Shown here: positions 62,535 through 64,000 of the stretch, piece after piece | Position numbering within the stretch: the stretch's first letter is position 1 | How the letters are laid out: every line of letters begins with the position of its first letter | Assembly (NCBI GenBank): GCA_963666735.1 | Contig: OY762926.1 | Span: forward strand, 928,001-992,000 | Length of the DNA: 64,000 nucleotides | DNA from: Gemmatimonadota bacterium | Lineage (GTDB): Bacteria > Gemmatimonadota > Gemmatimonadetes > Palauibacterales > Palauibacteraceae | Reading direction: 5' to 3' | Program-made: the position numbers and the translations under genes | Notes under the pieces: generated by a model | The model's input: the letters and a program-made list of their open reading frames with translations, nothing else | Database searches by the model: none | What the model was told of the DNA's origin: nothing

Positions 62535-63488
62535 ATGGTCACTCGACGCGACTGGCTCCGCTCCACCGCCGCCGCCGGCGCCGCCCTCTCCCTGAACCCC
62601 CGCCTCCTGCGCGCCTTCCAGGGCCGGGAGATGATCACGCGGCCCGTTCCCTCCACCGGAGAGGAGCTACCGATCGTCGGCCTCGGGAGTTCCGCGACCT
62701 TCCAGCGCGTGGCGCGCGGTGACGACGTGACGCAGCTCGAGGGGGTGATGCAGGCGCTGGTCGATGGCGGGGGATCGGTCTTCGACACCGCTCCCGGCTA
62801 CGGCTCCTCCGAGGAGGTGGCGGGGGACATCTGCCAGAGGCTCGGCATCTCCGATCGCGTCTTCTGGGCGACCAAGGTGAACGTGGCCGGGCGGGGCGGC
62901 GGTTCCGCGGATCCGGACGCGGCACGGGCCCAGATCGAGCGCTCGTTCGAGTACTTCGGGGTTCCCGCCATCGACCTCATCCAGGTCCACAACCTGGGAG
63001 ATCCGCCGGTGCAGCTGGGGATTCTCGAAGAGCTGAAGGCGGCCGGGCGAGTCCGCTACATCGGGATCACGAGCACGAGCGCGCGACGGTACCCGGTGCT
63101 TGCGCAGGTGATGCGGGACTACCCCCTGGACTTCATCGGTGTCGACTACGCGGTCGACAATCTGGGCGCGGCCGAGGAGATCCTGCCGCTCGCGGCGGAA
63201 CGGGAGATCGGCGTGCTCGTGTACGTGCCGTTCGGGCGCACCCGGCTGTGGTCGCGCGTGGGGGACCGCGAGGTGCCCGAGTGGGGGAGCGAGTTCGACG
63301 CCCATTCGTGGGCCCAGTTCTTCATCAAGTTCGCCGCCGCGCACCCCGCCGTGACCGTGGTCACGCCCGCGACGAGCCGCGCGGAACACATGGTGGACAA
63401 CCTCGGCGGCGGCATGGGGCGCCTCCCCGACGAAGATCAGCAGCAGCGCATGGTCGAGTACGTGAGCCAGCTCCCCGAGGCCGGCTGA
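62535..63488 (+). CDS. Aldo/keto reductase with twin-arginine leader
   Basis: TRRDWL, VGLGS, FDTAPGYG, ATK, IDLIQVHN, GRVRYIGIT, PATS. Confidence 0.9.
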   Translation: MVTRRDWLRSTAAAGAALSLNPRLLRAFQGREMITRPVPSTGEELPIVGLGSSATFQRVARGDDVTQLEGVMQALVDGGGSVFDTAPGYGSSEEVAGDICQRLGISDRVFWATKVNVAGRGGGSADPDAARAQIERSFEYFGVPAIDLIQVHNLGDPPVQLGILEELKAAGRVRYIGITSTSARRYPVLAQVMRDYPLDFIGVDYAVDNLGAAEEILPLAAEREIGVLVYVPFGRTRLWSRVGDREVPEWGSEFDAHSWAQFFIKFAAAHPAVTVVTPATSRAEHMVDNLGGGMGRLPDEDQQQRMVEYVSQLPEAG

Positions 63489-63561
63489 TCCACCTGCCGC
63501 CGACCGCTTGAGCGGAGGCCCGGGGCGTTCCCGCGGGAACGTCGCCCGGGCCTCCAGCCGC

Positions 63562-64000
63562 TCAGGAGACGAGTTCGACCGTTTCGTCGGCGGGATCGAC
63601 CGGGGCGAGTCCGAGACGCTCCAGTTCGCGGTTCACCGCAGCCAGTTCCACCCGCCACACGTCATCGAGGCGGGTCGTGTAGCCCTCGAGTTCGGCCACC
63701 ATGATCCCGAACACCTCGTACATCCCGCTCCCGGGCCGGCCGTCGCCGCGCTCCGACATCGAGAGCAGGTTCGCGAGCCGGTTGTTCACGCGGATCGGGA
63801 AGTTCAGCGGATCCTGGTTGCTGCGGTTCCGCACCTGGTAGATGTCCCCCTCCACTGCGGAAGCCGCCGTTCGCAGCGCGCCCGCGGCCTCCGCAAGCGC
63901 GGCGTCGTCCGAGGCTTCCAGCCGGTCGTCGAGTTGCGACTTCACCCGCCGGATGGCGATCACGGCCGAGTTGGCCTCGTCCACGCGCGCCCGGATCCGC
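63562..64000 (-). CDS. C-terminal end of a large BNR/VPS10-like 'glycosyl hydrolase' (partial)
   Basis: YQVRNRSNQDPLNFPIRVNNRL motif, recalled as typical of the helical C-terminus of this family; ORF continues past the window edge. Confidence 0.7.
   Translation of the reverse strand, partial: RIRARVDEANSAVIAIRRVKSQLDDRLEASDDAALAEAAGALRTAASAVEGDIYQVRNRSNQDPLNFPIRVNNRLANLLSMSERGDGRPGSGMYEVFGIMVAELEGYTTRLDDVWRVELAAVNRELERLGLAPVDPADETVELVS

Overview
High-GC bacterial chromosomal window. Gene content and order suggest Gemmatimonadota (inference, no search run). Positions 1-42.3 kb are mostly housekeeping operons: eno, plsC, thiL, nnr, glyA, an acyl-CoA cluster led by rex, rsmA, a HATPase/PP2C-STAS partner-switching pair, pta, coaD, rsmD, dnaG, mutS2, HIT, rsmE, tkt-rpiB-tal, dnaJ-hrcA-hemW-dprA-obgE, ctpA, tmk-ino1-CDP-alcohol phosphotransferase-ylbF and prmC-prfA-rpmE. 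Positions 42.4-64 kb are more accessory: a truncated DinB, penicillin acylase, Ku-LigD, an aminotransferase, a complete IS1380-family element (13-bp IRs, 5-bp target duplication) splitting a small secreted-protein ORF, exported enzymes, mtnA, a stand-alone fused CapRel-like toxSAS, an MTHFR-like protein and a Phd-VapC TA pair. Best second-look items: the CapRel-like gene, a perfect Rex box over the rex promoter, an inositol-phospholipid gene pair coupled to a YlbF protein, a clamp-binding-like motif inserted in Tmk, a K-to-Q change in an asparaginase II zinc-ligand motif, and many short tandem duplications at start/stop codons. No rRNA, convincing tRNA or CRISPR array was seen. Start codons were chosen by eye and some are uncertain.
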